Shown piece by piece: positions 23,101 through 30,372 of a stretch of 64,000 nt of DNA (positions are counted from its first letter, which is position 1; each line of letters opens with the position of its first letter). This DNA is from a virus, in the IMG/VR virus record IMGVR_UViG_3300027733_000030, positions 64,001 to 128,000 of that record; one strand, given 5' to 3'. The position numbers and the translations under genes are program-made. The notes below the pieces were generated by a model. That model saw only the letters and a program-made list of their open reading frames with translations, was not told where the DNA came from and did no database searches.

Positions 23101-25090
23101 ATTCTGATATTACATTTATATTAATTGCACTATCAAATGCTCCAGATTGAGGAATCGTAGGAGTAGGCTCTGGTTGGGCATTGGGGTCTACAATCCCTAT
23201 TCCAAAACCAAAATCTATTCCTGTTTTTACAGTATTGTCTGCTTCTTTTACATCAGATTTTTTTAGTAAAAATTCTTCGTTGACATAATCATGCAGATGC
23301 CCTGCCGCTTTACCCATATATTGACGATACTTACCCCAGTGTATTGCTTGATTAAAATCTTTAATCATTGGAAGAAATGGTTGATGATTAAAATTCAAAA
23401 GTTCAAGATCAACCGCTAGGGCGAATGGATAATTAGGAATAGTGGAAACGGTCATGCTAGAAAGTGCTACTGCAGTTATTCCATGAACAACATTTAAGTA
23501 ATGATTCTTAATAGGAAGAAACGGAGAATATTTAAATGCTGCGACTAGTCCTCTCAGTGAAGAAAGAAATTTATCTATTTTTATTTCTGAATCTCCACCA
23601 TTTTTAAAGTCAATTTTAAATGTATCATTTAAATCTATTTGAGAAGCATTGTCTATTGACAATCCCCAAATTTCTTCATAGTTTGGAAAGAATAATCTCA
23701 TCCTAACACTAGTCTCTTTATAGCCAGAATTAAATTTTGGACTATTCTTTTGTCTAATTGCTGCTCCAGTAAGACTGCCAGTCTTGAAAGATGAATTAAC
23801 ATCTATTGATATAGGTGGAACATAAAAATTAGATGCACCTAATCTTAAGTGAAATATATCTGGAACGTTGGGAGCAATATTTGCTCTAAATGGAGAAGTC
23901 TCAAGAACATTTTTAATACGTTGTGATGTATTTGTAAATTTGTAAGCCATTTCAAAAATGGCTTTACCTTCTCTAGTTATACCAAAAGCTTTTTCTAGTG
24001 ACCTGGCAAAATCTTCAGGATTATTTAAAGTATCTTCTTCTCCGCCACCTTTGCCATTGTTAGAATAATCTCCAACTACTGCTAGTGCATCAACTAGGAA
24101 CGTTGTTAAGCTTGGAAAATAATAGGCAATTGACGCAAAAGCTAAAGGATCTTTTTTTAATTGCTGTACAGCTTCAGTCAATGAGATTAACCATGGCAGA
24201 TCTACTTCTGGGTTGATTACATTATCCGCAGAAGCTTTTAGGGTATCTTTACTTCTTAACCTTTTCTTAGCAAATTCAGATATTTCGTAAGCGTATGACG
24301 CTAAATTTAAAAGTCCTATGTCTTCCATTTTGCTAAATAGCATTGAGGAATTCGTGTCACTTAAATCTTTTATTGATTCACTAATTTTAGAAAATACTCG
24401 AAAATAAGATGTAGATGTATTAGTAGAATCTCTATTTCCAAAACCCGCACTCAATAATGCATCCCTGGGGTCATCTATATTAGGGCGAGCTTTAGATACA
24501 AAATTAAGAAAATCTAAATAGACTTGATCTTCCGGATTACTATCTTCTAACTTTTTTTCATCTTCAGAAGATTTAATCTGTTCAATGTTAGCTATTTCAG
24601 CTAGAACTGTATCATCAATATTTCTTCCATTTGCAGTAGTATTCCATAGCTGTAATCTGGCTAGTACCTTGCCCGCTAAAAGCTTTGTAATATTAGGGTA
24701 ATAACCTGTATAAGCGTACGTTGTAATAAAGTGATAAATTACATCGCTTTCGCTCTGCAGATATGGGTTAGCAATGTTGGTCGCATTTTGAACATAAGTA
24801 TTATACTCATCTATAATAATTGCTGTCTGTGAAGGAATTCCAACTATAAAAGTAGAAACAGCTATCCTATAGGCAACTAGCGCGTAGCTATCGCTTTCGC
24901 CATACTCAAGAAGATCTTTACCCTTATATTCATATTGGGCCAAACCACCTGGTGAACCATCATTAAAAAATCGAAATAATTCATCAGGACTAGTGCTTGG
25001 GTTGGATAATAATTGCGTTACCTGTTCATATAGGGCGGGATGTTCAACAACGTACTTTAGTACATTTTTAGATATTGTATTAATAGCCAT
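14102..25090 (-). CDS. Giant baseplate-hub-like virion protein (3662 aa) with degenerate RlpA/DPBB-like region, Gly-rich hydrophobic segments and C-terminal SNase-like nuclease domain
   Basis: Hub-type segments (RLKPGVRVHLRSGYGSNPNSLQTIFNGVITNI; IYGGELIVIGNSDIRPHD...FEVEQVIHHF). SNase motifs VIHFVDGDT, VRFDGMNTSE, KDQFSRTIG. Position downstream of tape-measure region. Confidence 0.7.
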   Translation of the reverse strand: MAINTISKNVLKYVVEHPALYEQVTQLLSNPSTSPDELFRFFNDGSPGGLAQYEYKGKDLLEYGESDSYALVAYRIAVSTFIVGIPSQTAIIIDEYNTYVQNATNIANPYLQSESDVIYHFITTYAYTGYYPNITKLLAGKVLARLQLWNTTANGRNIDDTVLAEIANIEQIKSSEDEKKLEDSNPEDQVYLDFLNFVSKARPNIDDPRDALLSAGFGNRDSTNTSTSYFRVFSKISESIKDLSDTNSSMLFSKMEDIGLLNLASYAYEISEFAKKRLRSKDTLKASADNVINPEVDLPWLISLTEAVQQLKKDPLAFASIAYYFPSLTTFLVDALAVVGDYSNNGKGGGEEDTLNNPEDFARSLEKAFGITREGKAIFEMAYKFTNTSQRIKNVLETSPFRANIAPNVPDIFHLRLGASNFYVPPISIDVNSSFKTGSLTGAAIRQKNSPKFNSGYKETSVRMRLFFPNYEEIWGLSIDNASQIDLNDTFKIDFKNGGDSEIKIDKFLSSLRGLVAAFKYSPFLPIKNHYLNVVHGITAVALSSMTVSTIPNYPFALAVDLELLNFNHQPFLPMIKDFNQAIHWGKYRQYMGKAAGHLHDYVNEEFLLKKSDVKEADNTVKTGIDFGFGIGIVDPNAQPEPTPTIPQSGAFDSAININVISEWRNGNNISLFAPAETQTKIFLPDTSSFRTKQEKMYTDLGQGTWESLLSSIGIDINQSTSYGVSLQEVQDISLSSSFSKATKDIVKDSVNILTAGINSDNMAEQAYAYFVASFIAENKNVTSAQQEWLKNGYNSYSLLYPEEATYIFQGKYLEKTSLNAVRTSLERISENPSSYLDYLREGMTKEKLDKIGIPADEITDDTRAAVDAKVRKELAQAFSATLYERFFKSGPIQSLMEAARERAGAFQFKEWEVPMIQVDLDPQSVIVNGVTVSMGNSLAKLQIQMQDEPTYQHIGGRDSNINISMTVIGEKELIKLKNVFDHISGLARLEHATGVIGFLGIKNIITALCGIKYVLPLNYSVSTIPNYPHAYDVQLSLIDFDIFQQKREELSSTQQKELIDQFSTKKNPFLRIKQFWGTFNSYPDFPLSVKNSGGDVVGHLDPDFYFRSFEMFDKDVVNSFSTQHQKIQDYNFDTHSNGAGGVGGEGYDVLGITAKILEFITLYNNSADETTTEEIVNQIKDYIIANQIGLSRFIHIFRNVVTGDTEFSNSANVQLLTDFITFAEETSEINPYFEDVIAAPFQQGDLSPNSASNATSIEAAITGAFSLPNEEYVSFDPDEVDFHKQIFAIPASDPKDVMEGKIPSILQTAAGTHFGYQVRSNGRFYLTAGGDNIKKVNNENDGTNSGVIKLQTNYLKDVQTPETGNTTVNTGVPGAKAISEYQNSYNGDMQSHWETMMVDSSYRDISGRMIRAFPTYMLWLIDEGGMFAGVKLFDNFYGLQSIIDFSVVSSEDLLGDTLIFRVSNLYSKLTKNESSKIFNPNLDDNSNDSLSLTEGISSIIDRTLNMSRNILGHMRNEYIVDIANIRLKPGVRVHLRSGYGSNPNSLQTIFNGVITNIEQGEIVTITAQSDAIELGAVMNSTNKKGDSGKIDGGVDTGMYMSEPRDLMVRLLSMGASRTREALAHATRGTVFSENRFGIRHFGNILYEPLTTGEQAKNDAIRDSITGAFSIAGSNNSFMNKAVGITEGFSLNYRGNSLSAVGQLFSNFCAQVDLEIFKRNIYPGNGTGIAQFLGGDLDDGWSTASSLVKEDSYNDRTDGYLGRLTDSSWNKLIESSQMENYGLSDTGGNNTLDFLTQDNQLVNSDGRAGLVKGLFAGGITAGAAALGGMGVGAVAGAGLLGVIRGRGGTNLFRTLGIISPNSDDDLPGFDEVSFRAQTYMRTVWDLFEMCARLLPNYIVAVRPFEDRSTVFYGKPHWLYTSGVVPITTGFPGQEKAEELGIIAPQMKNPDQDLISILDKINKDTNPLADYAAFFQASEPSQTFQDMSQSMLTSSGIYAPTSSVVGKVINFYAQPSSTYYDPAAPTKILAKLPVSKGYVNVGLHLPYGVPNGGTQDSRPNQESKHQQLGNLPPRFSFPYFTANEDLPSDQLINSSFIDIAVDIKQFMNDSDGDHITEGNKDYYNNLLKLQSLEYIFFEQSKLTLIPSDDTINLDSPLNLAQLNFDALNLMPDYKVIKMPLPRMSGLGSRNAEGNIAANNVDDNFSFEYQKGNYGELTYQEWGSPATAEDEQFYIAMKWPYHPVSQSETSKIGADEDTISQFKSNYGFEDLYGTVKDYKSRKVLVYNPNNKRAVVCRPAYFLWGNEKTISTNDEQSQLSSAVVSPDAAYYLSIITRNSNEENMDVSAATGTDDGIKNMNNWRNSGFRPYPIMQECYMAFVPDETPVGVVSSSIAPAVNFSLKNQTGEIIDSEMGQVIGFGSFKPKEGSTNYATGSAFIDPSAPVVDFGFGTSAISNAFNNSLTRFSPIDTSLVSNVEGLQYGGNPLNVINEGDQKTYFQAVIDADYSSLGRDNLYQILDDELTTTGPDNSTGSGRVSFAEVYSPLDLISVEARSYYDENFDASVSVIAGDGRTLRMAEDIWDQFRFGYHTYESVKKIFFDTFSLDPDNENEFPDFYKNILTGSNYAGYTPIAHFNNSIGGTVGAVDEFAVLLGSDFTSNLNTVNDETNSSSADTFSDESYKAAIEFARQNYIDASIDQGGLIDYFNAVVVKSLGAIHDNFLSEKNTKLSNTLMFSLSSDSESPTLTAELVKKIKTPKQLFLLMVGIFRQRMWEDPYARAWLVLKPDRKKTGKDQWSFKPVDKIFRAFIDPYNDYAKPGKQDKFRQLLVSTRGEGNSATNIVGEVVDGINDFWNTNIGPIFTAISDGLTGLLSMFKLSMQQMGYALSEAGNFKKQANILNKALNDSIYYSLGRPGTLLRAVDNPFTREYGEPVMEVREPFQRLHYISSFSHILSNQIQENINNVATVITAVSDGKYPVTVALDKGAPAERQVEKTVETGIYFDNMVGSGFTGFLHPLMHPLETFRGVAKNVQGVPDELSARRVALSHLKESIKDIYGGELIVIGNSDIRPHDLIYLADVYERMYGIFEVEQVIHHFTAELGYITSITPNALVTVNDPARWFMTSWIHSWMNVQTIRNDTRIYLDRIKSGNSGISVGGNISMDALGQALSPQILGGFQFTHGSSALVKDVMANQTAQSMPDVKDQLIKQGQATGQGAAPGFAILAGGLAAGALLGAVTPAGLVGAAIGGPLVGQLAWKGWSWVRDKVLDQHGCYVQYLNRNGQPMDAGLSYNQGMVVGKYHSKALLPGILGVRAKVRTPEGNAYIRSDDLFKSLGWNESQITDLVRYTSYENALVHGKILKLAGLGPEKAGLEPQFKILCKVIHFVDGDTIEVEDVLSGATFKVRFDGMNTSEINTMEGKVGYPDTPTNPINANDNLSLLDVSTPGGKAKLFTIKALTDKIFVLRVNPTRTGTTAVLEQDYEAGASQNIDANYVKDQFSRTIGTIFYYLPEENIGKHKVNINNLFRDNIGSLDTVLSKVQDDMYDQSPFRIKFNEIYNNIESTIKENYFDNLDDQDPLYGLSQENINKYNILVYMKILEEIYNLVSEWPQVSWDEYFENGHPYTLNWELVVNNLARVYVKDLQKESQSTITAGESAAMPIEVGTPG

Positions 25091-25098
25091 ATATTATC

Positions 25099-25542
25099 CT
25101 ATTTAAACATCATATTATTTTTAACGATATTATTAATTTTATTGCTGGAAGATCCAGTTGCTGAACTAGAAGTGTAATTATCCATTATACTATATTTTTT
25201 ATCAATGGGAGGCATATTAAAATTAAACCTATGATTATTATGAGATATTTGATTTTTATTATATCTGGCTTTTTGAAGTGACTTATTATCATATCCCCTG
25301 CCATTCATTTGTAGGACAGTTGAGGAACTATGCTGTAGTCCTTCGTAGGAACCTTTTAGTTTGTCTGAATTGGATTGTCTAATATTATTCTTAGACTCAC
25401 CAACAGCTTTTGTCGGAGATGATTTACTGGAGGAAATTTTAGCAGAGTAGTTATCCGCATTTTCTTTTCTGTGGGAAGTGTCCCTGGGGCGACTAGCTGC
25501 GTCACTGAGCCTTTTATTCTGATCGCCTGCACCAAAAATCAT
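25099..25542 (-). CDS. Hypothetical protein, basic, Ser/Asn-rich, probably disordered (147 aa)
   Basis: Fills the gap between two large genes with short spacers and an upstream AGG; few hydrophobic residues. Confidence 0.6.
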   Translation of the reverse strand: MIFGAGDQNKRLSDAASRPRDTSHRKENADNYSAKISSSKSSPTKAVGESKNNIRQSNSDKLKGSYEGLQHSSSTVLQMNGRGYDNKSLQKARYNKNQISHNNHRFNFNMPPIDKKYSIMDNYTSSSATGSSSNKINNIVKNNMMFK

Positions 25543-25554
25543 AAATACCTAACC

Positions 25555-28500
25555 TTAATAGTTGGCTGCCATTTCTTTGTATGGATCATGAGCCACATCG
25601 GGGATTCTATTATACATAGTAGTACTCATATTGCCATTAACCAACCCTCCGGCAGCAGCATTAAATCTTCTTACGGTGTCTTGATCTCCATATAGGTTTA
25701 CTTTATAGCTAACCCCTGAATCATAACCGGGACCACTAAAGGTTCCTATTTGTGGTACTCTATTTGGGTAACCACTCTCGTATGCCGAACCGCCAGGAAG
25801 TAAAGGGGGACCAGTCATATCATCATGTGTTCTATCTCTAATCGCTGTATAGGCTAAGCTGCCTGCTATTAAAGCTCCAATTGCTAAGGTACCTTTTCTA
25901 ATAGTCGGATTTTTAAAGAGATCTTTAAGATCTCCCATTTTTTCCCCTATTCTCTTATATACAGCCTTATTCTTTACGAGTCCATCATCTAATTCACGAA
26001 CAGACCTAATCATATCATCCGTTAGACCATGATCATCTCCGAATTCTCGTATAGCATCTTCCATGTTGGCAATGGTGCCGTTTTTCATTTCCGTATCTAT
26101 AAATCCACTATCTTCTAATTCTCTCTTCTTCATTTGAGCTCTTATTACGGCAGCTTGGTGGTTTGCATCTTTTCTGACCATTTCATCAGCAATTTGTTCA
26201 GACTCATTTGTTAAAGCCCTAAGAGTATCAGTATGTTCGTGGCTTGCAGCTATTACATCAAACATATTTTTTGATCCATTATCCACTCTTTTTTGAGCTT
26301 CATTAATAGCTTTTAATCTTTTTTCAGCTTCTTGAGTAAGTTCTTCCATAGTAGTTTTATTGCCCAAGCTACCTTGAACTTCATTAGCATAGTCTTGATG
26401 AAAACCTTCATAAAATTTTGCTCTTCTATAATCTCTTACTCGTTGAATCTGTGATGCTGTTTGTTGAGCTTCATCTGACATTGTTGAATCGTATGCTGAA
26501 CTTAAGTGCCTAAGGCCACCGATATCTACCCTGGAACCTACTCCGCGGGTTTGTTTATCTATAGAGTTTACAAGATCTGCCATGTTAACATTTTCAAGTT
26601 TTGATGCTTGACCAATGTCACGTAATACTTTTTCTCCAACACTATCCAACATAGCTGCGTGGTTATGTTTTTCGAGTTCAGTCATCTCCTTAAGATGATT
26701 ATTTGTAACATTAAAAATTTGTTCTAAAGAATCTTTATGAGTTTCAAGAATTTTTCGCGCAACTGATTCAGCTTCAGCGGATGTTGAAGTTGAAGCTAGA
26801 ATGTCATCTGCGCCAATACGAGATATTGAAGCCCTTCTTACTGAATCTAAATACGCTTCATATCTAGTTCCTACGTCATGTATTTTTGAAATAGATGAAT
26901 ATTTATGATCGGCGCCTAGACCAATTTTTTCTATTAAAGCTTTTTTTATTTTATCTTCATCATTAGTAGCAGAAAGGGCTTTTAGTTCTTCTATAAGTTT
27001 ATCTAAATCAACTGTTGTTGCGTGTTGATTCCTTTGTGCGTCTTGCATGCCTGTAATCATATTATCTAGAATTAATTTAGTATCACTACCTTTAACTCTT
27101 TCCCTTAATAAGAATTCATCTATACCTAAAAGATTTTCTTGATCCCCCCCCACTGCTCTAGAATAACCAATCATTTTGCCAAGGTTAGCCATACTTTTTT
27201 CTCCAAAAATATCAAGAGTAATACCTTTGTCCCCAGCGCCAGCAAGTCCCAGTTCTCCTAATGCTTTTTGAATGCCTTGATCTTTATAAAATATAGCATC
27301 TGTTTTAGATAACATTTCCCCAACTGCCCCATGCAGTTTTCTTGTTCCAGCAAAGTTTACAGAAAGGTCAATTGCTGTTTCCTGTGATAGCATTCCTATT
27401 TTATAATTTTGAAGCATGTAGTCTTGGACTTTTTTATCTGCGCCCTTTAAAAAAGCTTCATATTGATTTAATGATGAACCTACGGCCATAGATCTGTTCA
27501 CATATAGACCAAGTATATCTCCACCCTCTATTGCCTTTTTCATACCGACTTGTTCAAATGCAGATGCAAAAGCTGCCCTTAATGTAGGATCTTTTTCAAA
27601 TCCGTTAACTTCCATTAAATGCATCATGTGTTCAAATTGACTTAATTGTCTTTGTTTTCCTTCAACAAAATAAGTGCCTGCTTTAGCAGTTTCTAATTGC
27701 TTTAAAACTGCTGGATTAACGTTATTCTGCTTCATTACATCCAACAGGTCACTTCCCATATCAAAAGCGCCAGATTTAGTAAATGCTTTGAATACACCAT
27801 TCCTTGTATATGCTGGTTCTACACCTATATCCGCAACTGTTAAAGCCGAAGATCCATATTTAGCTATTCTTGCTTGCATATCTGGAGTTAGTCTTTGAAG
27901 TTTTGTTTTTCCGGTCTGTTCAAGTCTTTGATATACATCATAAATTCCTTGTTCAAAATAATCTGCAGAAAGTGGTTTTTCAACTACTTTTCCTTTTTTG
28001 ATTTCTGTATGTGTTTTATCTAATACTTCTTGCAAATAAGTATATGTTCTTCTTTTTTGGGCATTAAGTGATGTGTCGGCTGCTAGTTCGTCTAGCGCAT
28101 TTCTAAAATGTCTTACTGCAAATACATCTTCTCCGCCACCAAACAAACCTCTAATAGTTTCTTGATCCATATTCATTCGAGCAAAAATTAATTCTTCAGG
28201 ACCTGATGGTTGACGGAAAATTGAAAATCCTAAACGATTCATTCCCGCATTATCTTGATACGTCAATAGCTTAGGTAGACCTTTGTCGTCTAAGTCAAAT
28301 CCACCAAGTGCATGTCTATAAGGTCCAATGGCATCAGCCGAAAACATCATCTTGTGGCCACTAACTCTGAATTTTAGGATATCATGATCGATATCTCCTA
28401 CTCCAGCCATAGATATTCTGTCATAACCTCTGCCTTTATTGAGTAACATTTTTCCTTCTTTTGTTCCCAAAACTCCAGCTTCACTGTCAATAGCAAACCG

Positions 28501-30372
28501 GTGAGTTTCTGGCAAAACAGATTGAACAAAATTGCCCTTTGTTCGGAATGCTTCAGTTGCAAAGAATGTATGAAGCATATTCATCATTGTTGGATTTTGA
28601 TTAGGACTGACTCCGCTTTGCATCATTTCTATAATTGCATTAGCAAATTCCCTATTTCTAGCTGCAGACCCGCGTGCGTAAGAGGGAAGATGTTCTATAT
28701 TTCTTTCTGCAGCTTGTTCTAACATAGCTTTTACCCTTTTGGGAACTGTACCACTATTAATGGCCCCCTCAAATTCTTGCAGTACAGTTTGAGATCTTTT
28801 TTCCATAGCTTCTATTGTATTAACATCAGCAAAAACTTCTGGGTGGAATGCTGCTGAAACCGGATCCGCATAAACAGCTTCTCTACCAGCGCCCATACCG
28901 CTTAAGTTAAGAATATTAGTTTTACCCGCAAAACCTAATTCGCCCTTAAATCCCATTTTACTAACAATCATTGAATATTTATTTAATTCTTTACCTTCAA
29001 ATTCTGTAACATTAAAAGCAGTTTTGATATCCCCGTACTCCAAGGCGTGACCTCGGCCAGTAACCTGTTCTAATCCACCCTTACTGCCAGCCCTTTTTAC
29101 TTGTCTCTCAATATTTCTTACTTGTTTTAATTCTATTGATAATGCTTCTTTTGCTTCCGCTGTTAAAGTTTTATCTGTTTTTAATTGTTTTTCTATTTGA
29201 TTTGCCCTCACGCCCATAGTTTTTACATAATTATTTAAATATTTGGCATTCAATAAGTCAGACCCGTCATACGCATACTCAATATTATCAAACATGTCTT
29301 TAACAATTTTTTTTCTAGTAGCGTCACCATTGACAAAATGTTTGTCTAGATGTTTCATTAATTGATCACTAGCAAATCTATTGCCAACTTTTCCTGTTGC
29401 ATCATAAGAAAAATTACCCGATTTAATTACCCTCATGAGTTCAACTCTATCGGTTTTATTTAAATTCTTCATTACATTGCCAATAAAATCTTCTGGATCA
29501 GCTTTAGCGTAATATGATCGTAAAGCTTTGGCTTTCGTTGTTTTGCCGCCAAAATCATAAGCTCCACCTAATTCTTTGTGAGCCATTTTTTTCAAAAGTT
29601 CATATTGAGGATCAAGAACTAGCATGGATTGACCAAATTCTGGAGAAGTTTTTTTTATAAAGCTTGCTAAATCGCCTCCTGCTAAAGAAATTTCTCTTTC
29701 AGATGCTAAAGATCTGAATCTTTTTCCAATCTTCATTAATTTATCTGCTAGTTTTGTAGAATCAGCTCCTGCCATTATTTTTCCAAATGTTTCCGGATCT
29801 AACATATCGTGTCCAGTAACTGATAATAATAAATTAGATTGATAACTACTCAGCATTTTGTTTCCAACTCGCATATTGATAACTCGTGCACCTTCGTCAT
29901 CCATGATGGTAATTCCATGCAGGGCGCCACGTTCTCTTAGCGTTTTAATTCTATTAGCAATAGCTTTAGTGCCGCCCTTTTCTGCATGCATTGTGAGAAG
30001 ATCTACTTGCATATCTTTTATCATACTCACGTCAATGCCTGCATTCTGCAGGGTTTGGATTTCGCCAGCGTTAAAACCTTTAGATCTATTTCTAATGTCT
30101 TGCATGATTTGAGCCATACCACTAACCTTATTTCCTAATTTAGGCGTAGTTAATGGATTGACCTGAGTAACGTGCAGAGCTGCTGCAGCGTTAAATGCTC
30201 TTTCAACGCTAGTAAAATTTTCACCAGTGGCGGTTAAAACATATTTAACTTTATCACCATCTGGTTCTATTTTTATGACACCACCCATTCCATAGGTAGT
30301 TCTCATTAATGCTGATCTTCCAGCTGCCATTCTTTCTGGCAGCGTCTGATACATTTTATTAATATTTACCAT
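25555..30372 (-). CDS. Large virion protein (1605 aa); candidate single-chain two-barrel (DPBB) RNA polymerase
   Basis: The CDS itself is clear and its start overlaps the tape-measure stop. Function is inferred from MMFS...P....LGGFDLDD (28282-28305), FRQP (28207-28218) and IVSKMGFKG (28942-28968). Confidence refers to the RNAP call. Confidence 0.5.
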   Translation of the reverse strand: MVNINKMYQTLPERMAAGRSALMRTTYGMGGVIKIEPDGDKVKYVLTATGENFTSVERAFNAAAALHVTQVNPLTTPKLGNKVSGMAQIMQDIRNRSKGFNAGEIQTLQNAGIDVSMIKDMQVDLLTMHAEKGGTKAIANRIKTLRERGALHGITIMDDEGARVINMRVGNKMLSSYQSNLLLSVTGHDMLDPETFGKIMAGADSTKLADKLMKIGKRFRSLASEREISLAGGDLASFIKKTSPEFGQSMLVLDPQYELLKKMAHKELGGAYDFGGKTTKAKALRSYYAKADPEDFIGNVMKNLNKTDRVELMRVIKSGNFSYDATGKVGNRFASDQLMKHLDKHFVNGDATRKKIVKDMFDNIEYAYDGSDLLNAKYLNNYVKTMGVRANQIEKQLKTDKTLTAEAKEALSIELKQVRNIERQVKRAGSKGGLEQVTGRGHALEYGDIKTAFNVTEFEGKELNKYSMIVSKMGFKGELGFAGKTNILNLSGMGAGREAVYADPVSAAFHPEVFADVNTIEAMEKRSQTVLQEFEGAINSGTVPKRVKAMLEQAAERNIEHLPSYARGSAARNREFANAIIEMMQSGVSPNQNPTMMNMLHTFFATEAFRTKGNFVQSVLPETHRFAIDSEAGVLGTKEGKMLLNKGRGYDRISMAGVGDIDHDILKFRVSGHKMMFSADAIGPYRHALGGFDLDDKGLPKLLTYQDNAGMNRLGFSIFRQPSGPEELIFARMNMDQETIRGLFGGGEDVFAVRHFRNALDELAADTSLNAQKRRTYTYLQEVLDKTHTEIKKGKVVEKPLSADYFEQGIYDVYQRLEQTGKTKLQRLTPDMQARIAKYGSSALTVADIGVEPAYTRNGVFKAFTKSGAFDMGSDLLDVMKQNNVNPAVLKQLETAKAGTYFVEGKQRQLSQFEHMMHLMEVNGFEKDPTLRAAFASAFEQVGMKKAIEGGDILGLYVNRSMAVGSSLNQYEAFLKGADKKVQDYMLQNYKIGMLSQETAIDLSVNFAGTRKLHGAVGEMLSKTDAIFYKDQGIQKALGELGLAGAGDKGITLDIFGEKSMANLGKMIGYSRAVGGDQENLLGIDEFLLRERVKGSDTKLILDNMITGMQDAQRNQHATTVDLDKLIEELKALSATNDEDKIKKALIEKIGLGADHKYSSISKIHDVGTRYEAYLDSVRRASISRIGADDILASTSTSAEAESVARKILETHKDSLEQIFNVTNNHLKEMTELEKHNHAAMLDSVGEKVLRDIGQASKLENVNMADLVNSIDKQTRGVGSRVDIGGLRHLSSAYDSTMSDEAQQTASQIQRVRDYRRAKFYEGFHQDYANEVQGSLGNKTTMEELTQEAEKRLKAINEAQKRVDNGSKNMFDVIAASHEHTDTLRALTNESEQIADEMVRKDANHQAAVIRAQMKKRELEDSGFIDTEMKNGTIANMEDAIREFGDDHGLTDDMIRSVRELDDGLVKNKAVYKRIGEKMGDLKDLFKNPTIRKGTLAIGALIAGSLAYTAIRDRTHDDMTGPPLLPGGSAYESGYPNRVPQIGTFSGPGYDSGVSYKVNLYGDQDTVRRFNAAAGGLVNGNMSTTMYNRIPDVAHDPYKEMAANY

